From an uncultured Desulfobacterales bacterium (lineage in GTDB: Bacteria > Desulfobacterota > Desulfobacteria > Desulfobacterales > CAFBRK01), in contig CAYPFH010000001.1 of the NCBI GenBank assembly GCA_964409825.1, positions 1-53,172 on the forward strand: a stretch of 53,172 nucleotides of DNA. The letters run 5' to 3'. Positions 15,785 to 26,100 of the stretch are shown piece by piece; the stretch's first letter is position 1, and the number at the start of each line of letters is the position of its first letter. The notes beneath the pieces were generated by a model, which saw only the letters and a list, made by a program, of their open reading frames with translations, searched no databases and had not been told where the DNA came from. The position numbers and the translations under genes are program-made.

Positions 15785-17023
15785 TTATCTGGTGGTAGGG
15801 CTCGACGGCGCCCCGTGGCCGGCAAGCCCCCTGGCCGCCGTTGCCAGCCGGCCGGCGTGGGCGGCCAGGTGGCGGCCGATCAGCTCAAACTCCGGCGAGC
15901 GGGAGAAAAAGCCGACCGCCGCCGCTTCCCGGGCCAGCTCGGCAAGCTGCGATTCGCTCAGAGCGGCCAGGATTTGGATCAACAGCTGTTCCGGCGGATC
16001 GCCCAGCCCGGGGACGGCAGGTTTTTCGGCCAGGGCCTCGACAACGCCGATCAAGGTCGGCTCCACGGCCCCGTCGTCGGCCCAGATCAGGTCGCCGACG
16101 CCTTCGCTTCTGTCGATCCGGGTCCGCAGCGACAGGTCGAAAAACGCCAGCAGCAGCTCCCGAAGCATTCGGTCCCGACCGGCATCCTCCTTCCGGACCG
16201 CCGCCGGATATCCCCGGACGGTGACCAGTCGAAGGTCGACCTCCCTGCTGTCCACCCGGGCCACGAAATCGCCGGCGCCGTGGTGCCAGGGATGGATCCG
16301 GGCGCCGGTTTCCAAACGGTAGTAATCCGCCCAAATCCGCGCGATTCCCCGGTACAGGTCGCGGCGCTGATTTTCTGTCGCCGGGCGGGGCCCGGTTGCC
16401 GGATCCCAGATCACGGTTCGGTCTCCGCCTCCGTCCAGGTGAAATTCGCAGAACCCGGCGAACCATTCCGTCAGAAACATCGGAAAGGGTCGTCCCGAGG
16501 CGGTTTTTCCGGAACCGGCGTAAAGCAGCTTCGGAAGCCACCGCCCGTTCTGCCGTGACAGCATCCCGAGCAGCGGGATCTCGGCGTCCATGCACCGCAT
16601 CCCTTCTTGGGACAGGGCGACGTTGAGCGCCAGCAAAACCGTCTCTCCCCCGAAGTCCAGCTCCACCCGGGCCGGATGATAAAAGGCACCGTGCTTTTCT
16701 AAAAAAATCCGGATCTGCCGGAGCGTTTCGGGCGTCACCGGCCGCCCGGTGACCGCTTCGGCCGCCGATGCCAGGGAGCCTGCACCCAGATTCTGCAAAA
16801 AGCCTGCGGCGGCGGTAAAATACTCACGGTATGGGATGTCTTCGAAAGGAAGCAAAGAGGGGCTGTCGATCAAGGCCTTCCGTTTCAACGGAATCCGGTC
16901 TGTCCAGCGCCGGCCGCCCGGAAGCACCGGCACTCGCTCCTCGGCAAGAAAGAATCGAAAGAAGGAAAAGGGCGCCATGGCTGACGAGCCGCAGCAGCAA
17001 AAAGGGGTCCCGGTTCGGCGCAT
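15785..17023 (-). CDS. Hypothetical protein (about 400 aa; weak protein-kinase/APH-fold-like pattern only)
   Basis: This long ORF has coding-like composition and lies on the dsr strand between the TPR gene and the dsrA promoter. No motif was recognised with confidence (FLTEWFAG..., HPWHHGAGDF). The start is ambiguous (ATG at 17023 or 16978). Confidence 0.6.
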   Translation of the reverse strand: MRRTGTPFCCCGSSAMAPFSFFRFFLAEERVPVLPGGRRWTDRIPLKRKALIDSPSLLPFEDIPYREYFTAAAGFLQNLGAGSLASAAEAVTGRPVTPETLRQIRIFLEKHGAFYHPARVELDFGGETVLLALNVALSQEGMRCMDAEIPLLGMLSRQNGRWLPKLLYAGSGKTASGRPFPMFLTEWFAGFCEFHLDGGGDRTVIWDPATGPRPATENQRRDLYRGIARIWADYYRLETGARIHPWHHGAGDFVARVDSREVDLRLVTVRGYPAAVRKEDAGRDRMLRELLLAFFDLSLRTRIDRSEGVGDLIWADDGAVEPTLIGVVEALAEKPAVPGLGDPPEQLLIQILAALSESQLAELAREAAAVGFFSRSPEFELIGRHLAAHAGRLATAARGLAGHGAPSSPTTR

Positions 17024-17062
17024 TTGCCATCGGCTCGGCGCCGGCCGAAACCGCGGGCATGG

Positions 17063-17683
17063 CTACAGGCGGGCTTCGATCTCCTTTTTGATTTCCTGCG
17101 CCACCGGGTAGCCGAGGGTTTCGGCTTTCCGGGCGTGCTTGGCGGCTTGCTGGGCCTGGCCGCTTTCCAGATAGGCGACGGCGAGGTTGTTGTGGGCGAC
17201 GGCGAATTCAGGTTCCAGCGCCAGGGCCTTTAGGCCGGTTTCAATGCTCTTTTGCACCTCTCCATGGGCCAGATATGCGTTGGCCAGGGAGGTCAGTGCC
17301 TGGATAAACTTCGGATTCCACCGGACGGCTTTTTCAAGCGCGTATACGGCTTTTTCGATCTCCCCTCTTTGCAGATGCACAAAGCCGATATTGCCCCACC
17401 CTTCGGAAAAGCCGGCCCGTGCCTGGGTCGCCCGCTTGTTCCAGTCGAGGCAGCCGTCCAGATCGCCCCGCGCCAGACAGATGCCGCCAAGCTGGACGTA
17501 GGCTTCAGCCAGGGACGGGCTGCATTCGATCGCCTCTAAGAGCTCCTTTTCGGCTTCTTCATATTGTTTCAGACCAAGCAGTCCGACGGCCAGATTGTAA
17601 TGGGACGTGCCGCACTCCGGGTTCTGGGCCACGGCCCTTTGTTGTTTTTCGATGTATTCGTGTACGTCCTTTGCCAGGGGCAT
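17063..17683 (-). CDS. Tetratricopeptide repeat (TPR) protein
   Basis: 206 aa of tandem 34-aa TPR units (AHYNLAVGLLGLKQYEEAEKELLEAIE..., AEAYVQLGGI..., GWGNIGFVHLQRGEIEKAVYALEKAV..., AVAHNNLAVAYLESGQAQQA). Confidence 0.8.
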   Translation of the reverse strand: MPLAKDVHEYIEKQQRAVAQNPECGTSHYNLAVGLLGLKQYEEAEKELLEAIECSPSLAEAYVQLGGICLARGDLDGCLDWNKRATQARAGFSEGWGNIGFVHLQRGEIEKAVYALEKAVRWNPKFIQALTSLANAYLAHGEVQKSIETGLKALALEPEFAVAHNNLAVAYLESGQAQQAAKHARKAETLGYPVAQEIKKEIEARL

Positions 17684-17878
17684 GATGCAGTTTCCTCTTG
17701 GTTTGGGGTTTAGACCGGCTCGATTTGAATCCGGAAACCGGTGACCCGCTAGTAGGGCAGGGGACGAAGGTTGTCAAGAGAGATACCTTTTACTTGACAG
17801 GTTTTCCTTGTTTGGCTTACCGAAGCGTAAGCACTTTCTTTCGTCTGGGTAAAGCCACACGTTGAAAAGGGGGGACAT

Positions 17879-18925
17879 ATGAAAATGAAGGCAGGCTGCT
17901 ACACGGCACTGGTAACGCCTTTTGCGGGCGATCTCGTCGATGCCAAAGGCCTCGACCGGCTCATCGAATTTCAGATCCAAAACGGGATTGCCGGCATTCT
18001 GGCGGTGGGCACCACCGGCGAAAGTCCGACCCTTTCCTGGTCGGAGCACAACATGGTCGTCGAGGCGGTCGCCAAAAAGGCAAAGGGCAGATGCCTCTGT
18101 ATTGCCGGAACCGGAAGCAACAACACCGCCGAAGCCTTGGAGGCCACCCGGCATGCGGTCACTGTCGGCGCAGAAGGCGTCCTGCTGGTAGACCCGTACT
18201 ACAACGGTCCCAGTTCCCTGGAAATCCGGCGAGAATACGTCGCCCCCATCGCGGCGGCGTTTCCGGACACCGCCGTCATTCCCTACGTGATTCCGGGCCG
18301 CACCGGGTGCCAGCTTCTCCCCGAAGATCTGGGCCTTCTTCACCGCCGGTATCCGAACGTGAGTACGGTCAAAGAGGCCACCGCCAACCCGGCGAACATG
18401 AAGCGGACCCGTGCCTGCTGCGGGGACAGCTTCACCATCCTTTCCGGCGACGACGGCATGACCTTTCAGATGATGACCGATCCGGAAATCGGCGGCGCCG
18501 GCGTCATCTCCGTGGCCACCAACGTGGCCCCGGCGGCCGTTGCCACGATGGTCCGGCATCTTCTCGACGGAGACAAGAATGGGGCGCAAAAAATCCTGTC
18601 CGACATCGAGCCGCTCTTTTCCCTGGTCACCGTCAAGAGCACGGAGAAGACGCCCTTCGGGGAGGTGGAATGCCGCGCCAGAAACCCGGTCGGCATCAAA
18701 ACCCTCATGGCGATTCTGGGAATGCCCTGCGGCGGGTGCCGCCGCCCCCTGGGCAAAATGAGCGCCGGCGGGCTGGCAAAAGTGCTGGAGGCGGCCAGAG
18801 CCGTCCACTCCCGAAATCCGGAAGTTTTTGCCCCGGTGGCCGAGTTTTTCGGCGTCGACGTCACCGAGCGGTTGGAAAACCCCGGGAGTTTGGCGGGGCT
18901 GGCCTACGAGCGATACGAATCCTGA
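17879..18925 (+). CDS. dapA: 4-hydroxy-tetrahydrodipicolinate synthase family class I aldolase (DapA) with an insert and a ~50-aa C-terminal extension
   Basis: TALVTPF, GTTGESPTLS, DPYYNGPS, IPGRTG and the Schiff-base lysine context STVKEAT. Length is 348 aa against about 290 typical. SD AAAGGGGGG precedes the start. Confidence 0.8.
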   Translation: MKMKAGCYTALVTPFAGDLVDAKGLDRLIEFQIQNGIAGILAVGTTGESPTLSWSEHNMVVEAVAKKAKGRCLCIAGTGSNNTAEALEATRHAVTVGAEGVLLVDPYYNGPSSLEIRREYVAPIAAAFPDTAVIPYVIPGRTGCQLLPEDLGLLHRRYPNVSTVKEATANPANMKRTRACCGDSFTILSGDDGMTFQMMTDPEIGGAGVISVATNVAPAAVATMVRHLLDGDKNGAQKILSDIEPLFSLVTVKSTEKTPFGEVECRARNPVGIKTLMAILGMPCGGCRRPLGKMSAGGLAKVLEAARAVHSRNPEVFAPVAEFFGVDVTERLENPGSLAGLAYERYES

Positions 18926-18933
18926 AGCCGGGG

Positions 18934-18998
18934 TCGCTGAGAACGCGGAGGATACGAAGAGAAAATTTTACGGTTTTCTCTGCGCCCTCCGCGGTGAG
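18934..18998 (-). repeat. Dispersed REP/MITE-like palindromic element, copy B (inverted relative to copy A at 7061-7143)
   Basis: The reverse complement reads CTCACCGCGGAGGGCGCAGAGAAAACCGTAAAATTTTCTCTTCGTATCCTCCGCGTTCTCAGCG. It shares the same 16-nt core and flanks as copy A. Nested stems are CGCGGAGG/CCTCCGCG and AGAGAAAA/TTTTCTCT. Confidence 0.7.
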
Positions 18999-19054
18999 TA
19001 TTCGTTGGCCTACAATACGTCACCGCCATGATGCCATTGAGCACGACGCCCGCG

Positions 19055-19840
19055 CTACACGCCGCCGTCGGCCTTGTCCCGGACCGAATCCGGCTGCTGG
19101 AAGAAAATCCCCTTGAGCCAGTCAAGTCCGAATTGCAGGAGGGCCGCATCCTCCCGGCGAAGTTCTTCCCGTTTTTCGGGCGCTACCGGATATCGCTCCA
19201 GAAAAGAACTTTCGAAAACGAACTGCCGGAACTTGTCGATATTGTAGCTGACCATGAAAAAAAGCCGCTTGGCTTTTTCAGTCAGCTGGACCACCCCCGG
19301 AAAGGAGCGCTTCCGGACGATGAGATCGGTCCATTTGGCGTTGATTTCGTCCCGCAAATCGACGCCCTGGTCTTGCCGCCAGTCGGCCACGGTCCACTGT
19401 TTTTCTTCTTCGAATCCTTTGCAATGGGGCTCGTTGACGAAAAAGTAGAAGCCCTCGTCATCGGCATCCTCTTTGTGCATCAGCGATCCTACGCCCAGGG
19501 GATAATAGCGGCAGGTCGAAGGGCGGTCTTCGTAAATGATGCAGCCGTCTTCCCGAACGAAGGGGCAGGACCGTCGATCGTCGTCAAGCAGTTTCAAGGT
19601 GACCATGGGAAGACCGGTTTTCTCCATGAGCTGAACATCGGTATAAATGGCCAAAAACTCCTCTGAGCTCAATCCGAGTCGGGTTTTCAAGCCGATGATG
19701 TCGTAGGGGGTCAGGACGATCTGGATTCCCCGGCAGCACTCCGTAAAACAGGAAACCCCCGGATGACAACGAAACTGAAAGCGCGCATTTTTGCCGAGTC
19801 GTACCGGGGGTATTTCCGCCTTGGGTGTTGCATTGTTCAT
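19055..19840 (-). CDS. YkgJ/UPF0153-type cysteine-cluster (putative Zn/Fe-chelating) protein
   Basis: FRCHPGVSCFTECCRG..., a second Cys set (SCPFV..DGCIIYEDRPSTCRYYP) and PHCKGF. Length is 261 aa. Confidence 0.7.
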   Translation of the reverse strand: MNNATPKAEIPPVRLGKNARFQFRCHPGVSCFTECCRGIQIVLTPYDIIGLKTRLGLSSEEFLAIYTDVQLMEKTGLPMVTLKLLDDDRRSCPFVREDGCIIYEDRPSTCRYYPLGVGSLMHKEDADDEGFYFFVNEPHCKGFEEEKQWTVADWRQDQGVDLRDEINAKWTDLIVRKRSFPGVVQLTEKAKRLFFMVSYNIDKFRQFVFESSFLERYPVAPEKREELRREDAALLQFGLDWLKGIFFQQPDSVRDKADGGV

Positions 19841-20028
19841 GGTCTGACATCCTTTCTGCTCTTTTGGGAATTCTCCGGAAGCCGTTCCGAAGCGTAGGCC
19901 AATGTAGAACAGAACTCAGTGCTTGACAACCGGCAATCCGAATCCAGGCAAAGGGGTGGTTGACTTGTTCCGGGTATCGGCGCTATAGCCACCCTATAAT
20001 AAGAACAAGAAAAGGATTTAACGAAGAG

Positions 20029-20475
20029 ATGCAGCGTCATACGGCGATCACGGCCGAAGTTGCCCCGGGCCGGCTGTTCATCGGACGGCTTTCTCAGGCA
20101 CCCGACCTGCTGGAAGGCCTGGAGGCGTTTTTTTTGCAGCAGCAGATCCGGGCCGGCCTTTTTTCCGCGACGGGCACGGTCCTGAAGGCTGCCTTCGGCG
20201 TCTATGATTCAAGCCAGCAGGTCTACGCCGTCCGCACCGAGAGCGGGCCCCTGGAGATCGTCTCCTGCACGGGATCCGTTTTTCCCGGCGAAGATCGTTC
20301 CGCCATCGTGGCCCAAGTTGTTTTCGGCAACGGACAGACCCATCTGTGTGGAGGGCGGCTCTTTTCCCAAACCGCAGTGGCGGCAGTGGAGTTCGAAGTC
20401 CGGGAACTTGCCGGGCCGCTTCCGACCCGGAGCTACGATCCGCTCACCGGACAGATGCGCTTGCACTTGCCCTGA
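20029..20475 (+). CDS. PPC (DUF296) domain protein
   Basis: 148 aa starting at ATG 20029. The pattern RLFIGRLSQAPDLLEGLEAFFLQQQIRAGLFSATGTV...LEIVSCTGSV...HLCGGRL resembles PCC/DUF296 beta-barrel proteins. The assignment is by recall. Confidence 0.55.
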   Translation: MQRHTAITAEVAPGRLFIGRLSQAPDLLEGLEAFFLQQQIRAGLFSATGTVLKAAFGVYDSSQQVYAVRTESGPLEIVSCTGSVFPGEDRSAIVAQVVFGNGQTHLCGGRLFSQTAVAAVEFEVRELAGPLPTRSYDPLTGQMRLHLP

Positions 20476-20573
20476 TTCTGCTGTAGGGGCTTTTCAACGA
20501 AATATCCGCCCGGCCCCGGACCGGAATCCCCTGGACGAAGATCACCAAGAAACCGAGCAAAACGGAGGTGGCG

Positions 20574-21641
20574 ATGGAAATTCGGATAGAAACGGCAACA
20601 GAAAAAAAACCGAAGCCTGAGGACGACAAGCTCGGCTTCGGAAGCATTTTTACCGATCACATATTCTGCCTGGACTACAATCCCGAAAAGGGATGGCACG
20701 CCCCCCGCATCGAACCCTACGGTCCGTTCCGCCTCGATCCGTCTACCATGTTCTTTCATTACGGCCAGGGCGTCTTTGAAGGACTCAAGGCCTATCGCAC
20801 CGAGACCGGAGGCGTGCAGCTTTTCAGGCCCCTGGACAACTTCAAGCGGATGAACAGGTCCTGCCGGCGGATGTGCATTCCGGAAATCGATGAAGCCTTT
20901 GCGCTGGAGTCGCTCAAATCCCTGGTGACGCTGGAAAAGGACTGGGTGCCGAAGGCGCCGGAAACGTCCCTGTATATTCGTCCGACGATCATCGCCACCG
21001 ATCCCTTCTTAGGGGTTCGCGCTTCCCACACCTACCGGTACTTCGTCATTCTGTCCCCGGTAGGAGCCTACTATCCGGAAGGGTTCAATCCCATCAAAAT
21101 CCTGGTCACCAGGGAGTATATCAGGGCCGTACGGGGCGGGGTCGGAGAGGCCAAAACGCCCGGAAACTACGCCGCCAGCCTGCTCGCCGGAGAAAGAGCC
21201 CATCAGGCGGGATATACCCAAGTACTATGGCTCGACGGCCGCGAGCAGAAATACGTCGAAGAAGTCGGATCCATGAACATCTTCTTTGTCATCGACGGGG
21301 AGCTGATCACGCCCTCGCTCAACGGCAGCATCCTTCCGGGCATTACCCGGGATTCGGTGCTCACCCTGGCCCGCCATTGGGGGATGAAGGCTACCGAGCG
21401 CCCCATCGGCATCGACGAGGCGTATCAGGCCCACAGCCAAGGCATGCTCGAAGAGGTGTTCGGTGCCGGCACCGCTGCGGTGATCTCTCCGGTCGGAGAG
21501 CTCAACTACGACGGAAAGATCATTCATATCGCAGAGGGCGGCGTCGGTCCGGTGGCAAAGAAGTTTTTCGACGCCATCATGGGAATTCAATACGGCCGCG
21601 AAAAGGATCCCCTGGGGTGGATCGTCCCGGTGACGGACTGA
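20574..21641 (+). CDS. ilvE: Branched-chain amino acid aminotransferase
   Basis: LGFGSIFTDHIF...FHYGQGVFEGLKAY...YIRP...GGVGEAKTPGNYAASL...EVGSMNIFFV...PGITR. GGAGG lies 5 nt upstream of the ATG at 20574. Confidence 0.92.
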   Translation: MEIRIETATEKKPKPEDDKLGFGSIFTDHIFCLDYNPEKGWHAPRIEPYGPFRLDPSTMFFHYGQGVFEGLKAYRTETGGVQLFRPLDNFKRMNRSCRRMCIPEIDEAFALESLKSLVTLEKDWVPKAPETSLYIRPTIIATDPFLGVRASHTYRYFVILSPVGAYYPEGFNPIKILVTREYIRAVRGGVGEAKTPGNYAASLLAGERAHQAGYTQVLWLDGREQKYVEEVGSMNIFFVIDGELITPSLNGSILPGITRDSVLTLARHWGMKATERPIGIDEAYQAHSQGMLEEVFGAGTAAVISPVGELNYDGKIIHIAEGGVGPVAKKFFDAIMGIQYGREKDPLGWIVPVTD

Positions 21642-21692
21642 CCGGTATTTCCGGCGCTGTCGGACGGACAAAAGGAAAGGTGTCGTGATTTT

Positions 21693-23075
21693 ATGGCGCA
21701 AAACCCCGCGCAGCTTCACGCATTCATCGAAAAGATGAAGGGCCGGCAAATGGACCCGATCGCCATCGATACCTTTGCCGACTACTATCGCCAAGTGGTC
21801 AAAGGAGAAGCCGGCCTGCTGTCGGACCGGGATATCTCGCCGGTGTCCCCCGATGATCTGGTCGATGCCCAAGAGCTGCAGAAACACCGCAAGAAGGGCG
21901 GAGAGGTCCTCGACCGGACGATCATGATCAAGCTCAACGGGGGGCTGGGAACCAGCATGGGGCTGACCACCGCCAAATCCCTCCTGGAGGTCAAGCCGGA
22001 GAAAAGTTTTCTTTCTGTGATCCTGCACCAGGCGGCCCATGCCGGTGTCGAACTGGCTTTGATGAACAGCTTCAGCACCCATGAAGATACGGCCGCCGCC
22101 ATCGAGAAGATGGGCGGGACCCGCGTCCGTATGTTTCTTCAGCACATGTTTCCCAAAATCCTCCGGGAAGATCTGTCCCCGGCGAGATGGCCGGCGAATC
22201 CGGACCTGGAGTGGAATCCGCCGGGCCACGGCGACATTTACACCGCCTTAAAGACCTCGGGGCTGCTCGACGAGCTTCTGGCCGAGGGAATTCGGTATGC
22301 CTTTATCTCCAACTCGGACAACCTGGGAGCCACCCTCGATTTTTCGCTTCTCGGATATTTTGCGGAAAGCGACCTGCCGTTCATGATGGAGGTGGCCGAG
22401 CGGACGCCGGCTGACACCAAGGGCGGTCACCTGGCACGGCATCGAAGCGGGCGGCTGATCCTCCGTGAAGTGGCCCAGTGTCCGGCCGACGAAATGGATG
22501 CATTTACCGACATCGAACTGTACCGGTTTTTCAACACCAACAACATCTGGGTGAATCTGTCTTTTCTCGCCGACTTGTTTTCAACCGAAAAAAGCGTGCG
22601 GCTGCCGATCATTCTGAACCCGAAAACCCTCGACCCCCGGGACGAGAACAGCCCGCCCGTATTTCAGATCGAAACGGCCATGGGGGCGGCGATTTCCCTG
22701 TTCGAAGGAGCCTCGGCGGTGCAGGTGCCCAAGTCCCGCCTGATTCCGGTAAAAACGTGCAGCGACCTTCTGGTGCTTCGGTCCGACTACGTCCTGCTGG
22801 AAGAGGGGGATTTTCCCAGACTCAACCCGAAGCGGGCAGCAGACCGGATCCGCGTGGACCTGGATCCTGCTTTTTATAAGAAAATCGATCAATTCAACGA
22901 GCGATTCGCCGCCGGGGCCCCCTCCCTGGTTCAGTGCGAATCTTTGACCGTCCGCGGAAACGTCTACTTCGATGCGCCGGTGACCGCAACGGGGAGCGCA
23001 ACCGTCATCGGCCGGCCTGATGTCCCGAAAACGGTTTCCTCCGGCACCGAGTTGGCCGGGGAATTGACGCTTTGA
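21693..23075 (+). CDS. UTP--glucose-1-phosphate uridylyltransferase, UDPGP (eukaryote-type) family
   Basis: IMIKLNGGLGTSMGLTTAKSLLEV (UGPase signature), WNPPGHGDIY, FISNSDNLGA and KGGHLA. Length is 460 aa. Confidence 0.8.
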   Translation: MAQNPAQLHAFIEKMKGRQMDPIAIDTFADYYRQVVKGEAGLLSDRDISPVSPDDLVDAQELQKHRKKGGEVLDRTIMIKLNGGLGTSMGLTTAKSLLEVKPEKSFLSVILHQAAHAGVELALMNSFSTHEDTAAAIEKMGGTRVRMFLQHMFPKILREDLSPARWPANPDLEWNPPGHGDIYTALKTSGLLDELLAEGIRYAFISNSDNLGATLDFSLLGYFAESDLPFMMEVAERTPADTKGGHLARHRSGRLILREVAQCPADEMDAFTDIELYRFFNTNNIWVNLSFLADLFSTEKSVRLPIILNPKTLDPRDENSPPVFQIETAMGAAISLFEGASAVQVPKSRLIPVKTCSDLLVLRSDYVLLEEGDFPRLNPKRAADRIRVDLDPAFYKKIDQFNERFAAGAPSLVQCESLTVRGNVYFDAPVTATGSATVIGRPDVPKTVSSGTELAGELTL

Positions 23076-23106
23076 TCCGAGCTTGGCCTTTGAAGAAGCC
23101 CCCCTT

Positions 23107-23128
23107 CGGCCGAGGCGGCCGGTTTTTT
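23107..23128 (+). terminator. Rho-independent terminator after the UGPase gene (CGGCCG-agg-CGGCCG-g-TTTTTT)
   Basis: Read directly: 6-bp GC stem plus a T6 run. Confidence 0.55.
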
Positions 23129-23177
23129 CTGTCAGGCCGACGCCGAACTTGATCCCGACCGTTTTGGCAGAAAAGAA

Positions 23178-26100
23178 ATGACCCCGGTAGACCCCCACGC
23201 CCTCATCCAGACACCGGTTCCCGGCGCTAAACTGCTGCGCTTCCGGGGAGACCTGCAGCGCTTTTCGCTTCGCGTCAAAAAAGGGGCAACGGGCGCCGCC
23301 TGGCTTCGGACCAACATTGGATGGGCCGGAATCGGACGCAGGGAAATCATTGGGGCCGTGGAAAGAGACGAGGCGCAGCTCGGCCTGGACTGGTTCGATC
23401 TTCCTATGGTCCGGATCGGAGCCGACCGCTTCGAAATCGGCGTGCCGCTGGCACAGGTCGGCCACTTCGGGGCCAAATGCTATTTCCAGCCCGACAACGG
23501 AGAAGCGCCCCTGTGGCCCCCGGGCCAGAACGTGACCGTAAACGTGGAACCGGCCGACACCTGCTGCGGGAACACCCTTTACAACGCCTTTGTTCGCCAG
23601 TTCGGACCCGAAAAGGCCCGACCCCAGGGGCTGTCCGAGATCCAGAAAGAAACGATCCGGCAGCTGGACGAAAGTGGCTTTGCGGTCATTCCGCCGTCTG
23701 GAACGTTTCGAGACCTGATCTTAGAGCTCGACTTCATCGTCTATACCCTCGGCTGCCGGTACTTGCAGCTTCTTCCCATCAATCCGACGCCGACCACTTA
23801 CGGCCGCATGGGACGGTTCGGAAGCCCCTATGCAGCGCTGAGTTTTACCGCGGTAGACCCTGCGTTGGCCCGGTTCGATCCCAAAGCCACCCCCCTGGAC
23901 CAGTTCATCGAACTGCTCGACGCCGTCCACAGCAGGGGGGCAAAAGTCCTTCTCGACCTGGCCGTCAACCACACCGGATGGGCCGCAGGCCTCCACGAGA
24001 CCCATCCGGAATGGCTCAAGCGAGACCCCGAAGGCCGCATCGAAAACCCCGGCGCCTGGGGCGTTATCTGGGAGGATCTGACCGAACTCGACTACCGGCA
24101 TCGGGAGCTGTGGCGATACATGGCCGATGTTTTTCTGACCTGGTGCCGCCGCGGCGCAGACGGATTCCGCTGCGACGCCGGATACATGGTGCCGCTGCCC
24201 GCCTGGAAGTATATCATCGCCAAGGTTCGCCAGCAGTATCCCGACACCGTGTTTTTCCTCGAAGGTCTCGGCGGAAAGCTTTCCGTCACCAGGGACCTGC
24301 TCGATACCGGCAACTTCAACTGGGCCTACTCGGAGCTGTTCCAAAATTTCGACCGCGGGGCCGTCGAGCACTACCTTCCCCGGGCGCTGGAGACATCCCG
24401 AGCCGAGGGGCTCACGATTCACTTTTGCGAGACCCACGACAACAATCGATTGGCGGCCATGTCCTTGGGTTTTTCCCGCATGCGGACCGCCCTGTGCGCC
24501 CTGGCCTCGGTTTGCGGCGGATTTGCCTTTGCCAACGGCGTCGAATGGTTTGCCGATCAAAAGATCGACGTTCACGGCAGCCCGTCTTTGAACTGGGGCG
24601 CGGAAACCAACCAGGTGGCCGAAATCCGCCGCCTCACCAGGCTGCTTCATCATCATCCGGCGTTTTACGACCGGGCCGATATCGAGATGATCCAGGAGGA
24701 AGGCGACAACTGTCTCGTCTTTTTCCGTCGCCACCGGCCGACGGACCGGCGGCTGCTGATTGTCGTCAATCTTGATGCAGACCGCCCCGCAGAAGCTCGC
24801 TGGGATTCGACCCTGGCCAATATCGACGGCTCGTCAATGGTGGATCTTTTGACGGAACAAACCGTTCATATAACCACAGAAGGAACCCAACACCGCTTGG
24901 CCCTTTCCCCCGGGCAGGTCCTCTGCCTCAGCGCCAGAAGCGAGGATCTGCAGGAGATCCAGGATGCCGAAGACGGAAACGGTGCCGATCCGGAGCGGCT
25001 TCGCATTCAGCGGCTTCGGGCCAAAGCCCTGGAGGTGCTCACCTGGGGCCGAGGCCTCGGCCACGTGGAGGAAGCCATCCTGGCGGAGGCTGCGCGGCGG
25101 CTGGCTGCAGACCCGTCTGCCCTCTGCCGCGGCGACGGATCAGACGGGGCTGAGCCCCGGACCGTTTTTTGGCGCTGGCCCGAAGATCTGCGCCGGGAAG
25201 TCCCGGTTCCGCCGGGGCACTTTCTTCTGGTGACCGCGCCGGCACCGTTTCGGATCCGCATCATCGAAGACCACCGGTGCGTGGCCGCAGAAGACAGTTT
25301 GAAGGCGGACGACGGCCGTTTTTTTGCGCTGGTCGGACCCGGAGATCCGCAAGCGCAAAGCCGGAGCCTGACCCTGACCATTTCGGTGTTCGAGGCAGAG
25401 GCACCGAGCCACGGCAGTGCCCAGCTTCGCTACCTTTGTCCGTTTGAAGCCGAAACGATCCAGACCGTTTTCAACCGCTCCGATCTGCTCGGCACCGAAC
25501 GCCTCATGCTCGGCACCAACAGGATCGGCGGCATGCTTCGCGCGTCGCTCTCCTGGGGAAGACTCAACAGCCGGTACGACGCCCTGCTGGCCGCCAATCT
25601 GAATCCGGAGGCCCCCGACGACCGGCGGATCCTTTTGACACGGTGCCGGGCCTGGTCCGTGTTTCAGGGAACTTCCCAGCCGTTTGGCGACGACTGTCTA
25701 GATATGTTCACCACCGACGGCGCCTCCCGGGGGGTCTGGCGGTTTCGCCTCCCCACGGGCCAGGGGCAGCACACGATCATTTGCCTCGGCATCGAAATGC
25801 TGCAGGCAAAAAACGCGGTCCGTTTGGTTTTTTTACGGCAACCCGCAGGGCAGGATCCCCGCCTGCTTCCAGACGACAAGCCGGTGTCGATCATCGTGCG
25901 GCCCGACATCGAAGACCGATCGTTTCACGAAGTCACCAAGGCCTACCTGGGCCCGGAACACCGGTTTGCCCGCGCCGTTCGAATCCAAAAAAACGGGTTC
26001 GACTTTCAGCCGGATCCCGCCAGGGCACTGAGCCTTCGGGCCCAAACGGCCGCCTTTATCCGGGAGCCGGAGTGGTATTATATGGTCCACCGGCCCCTGG

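Noticed and set aside
17771-17800. The inverted repeat TTGTCAAG-N14-CTTGACAG between the TPR gene and dapA, as a pair of divergent promoters or an operator
   Set aside because: Both TTGACA hexamers lack an acceptable -10 element at 16-18 nt (best TACTAG / TTACCG), so I could not support a promoter call. It remains an unexplained near-palindrome of low information content.
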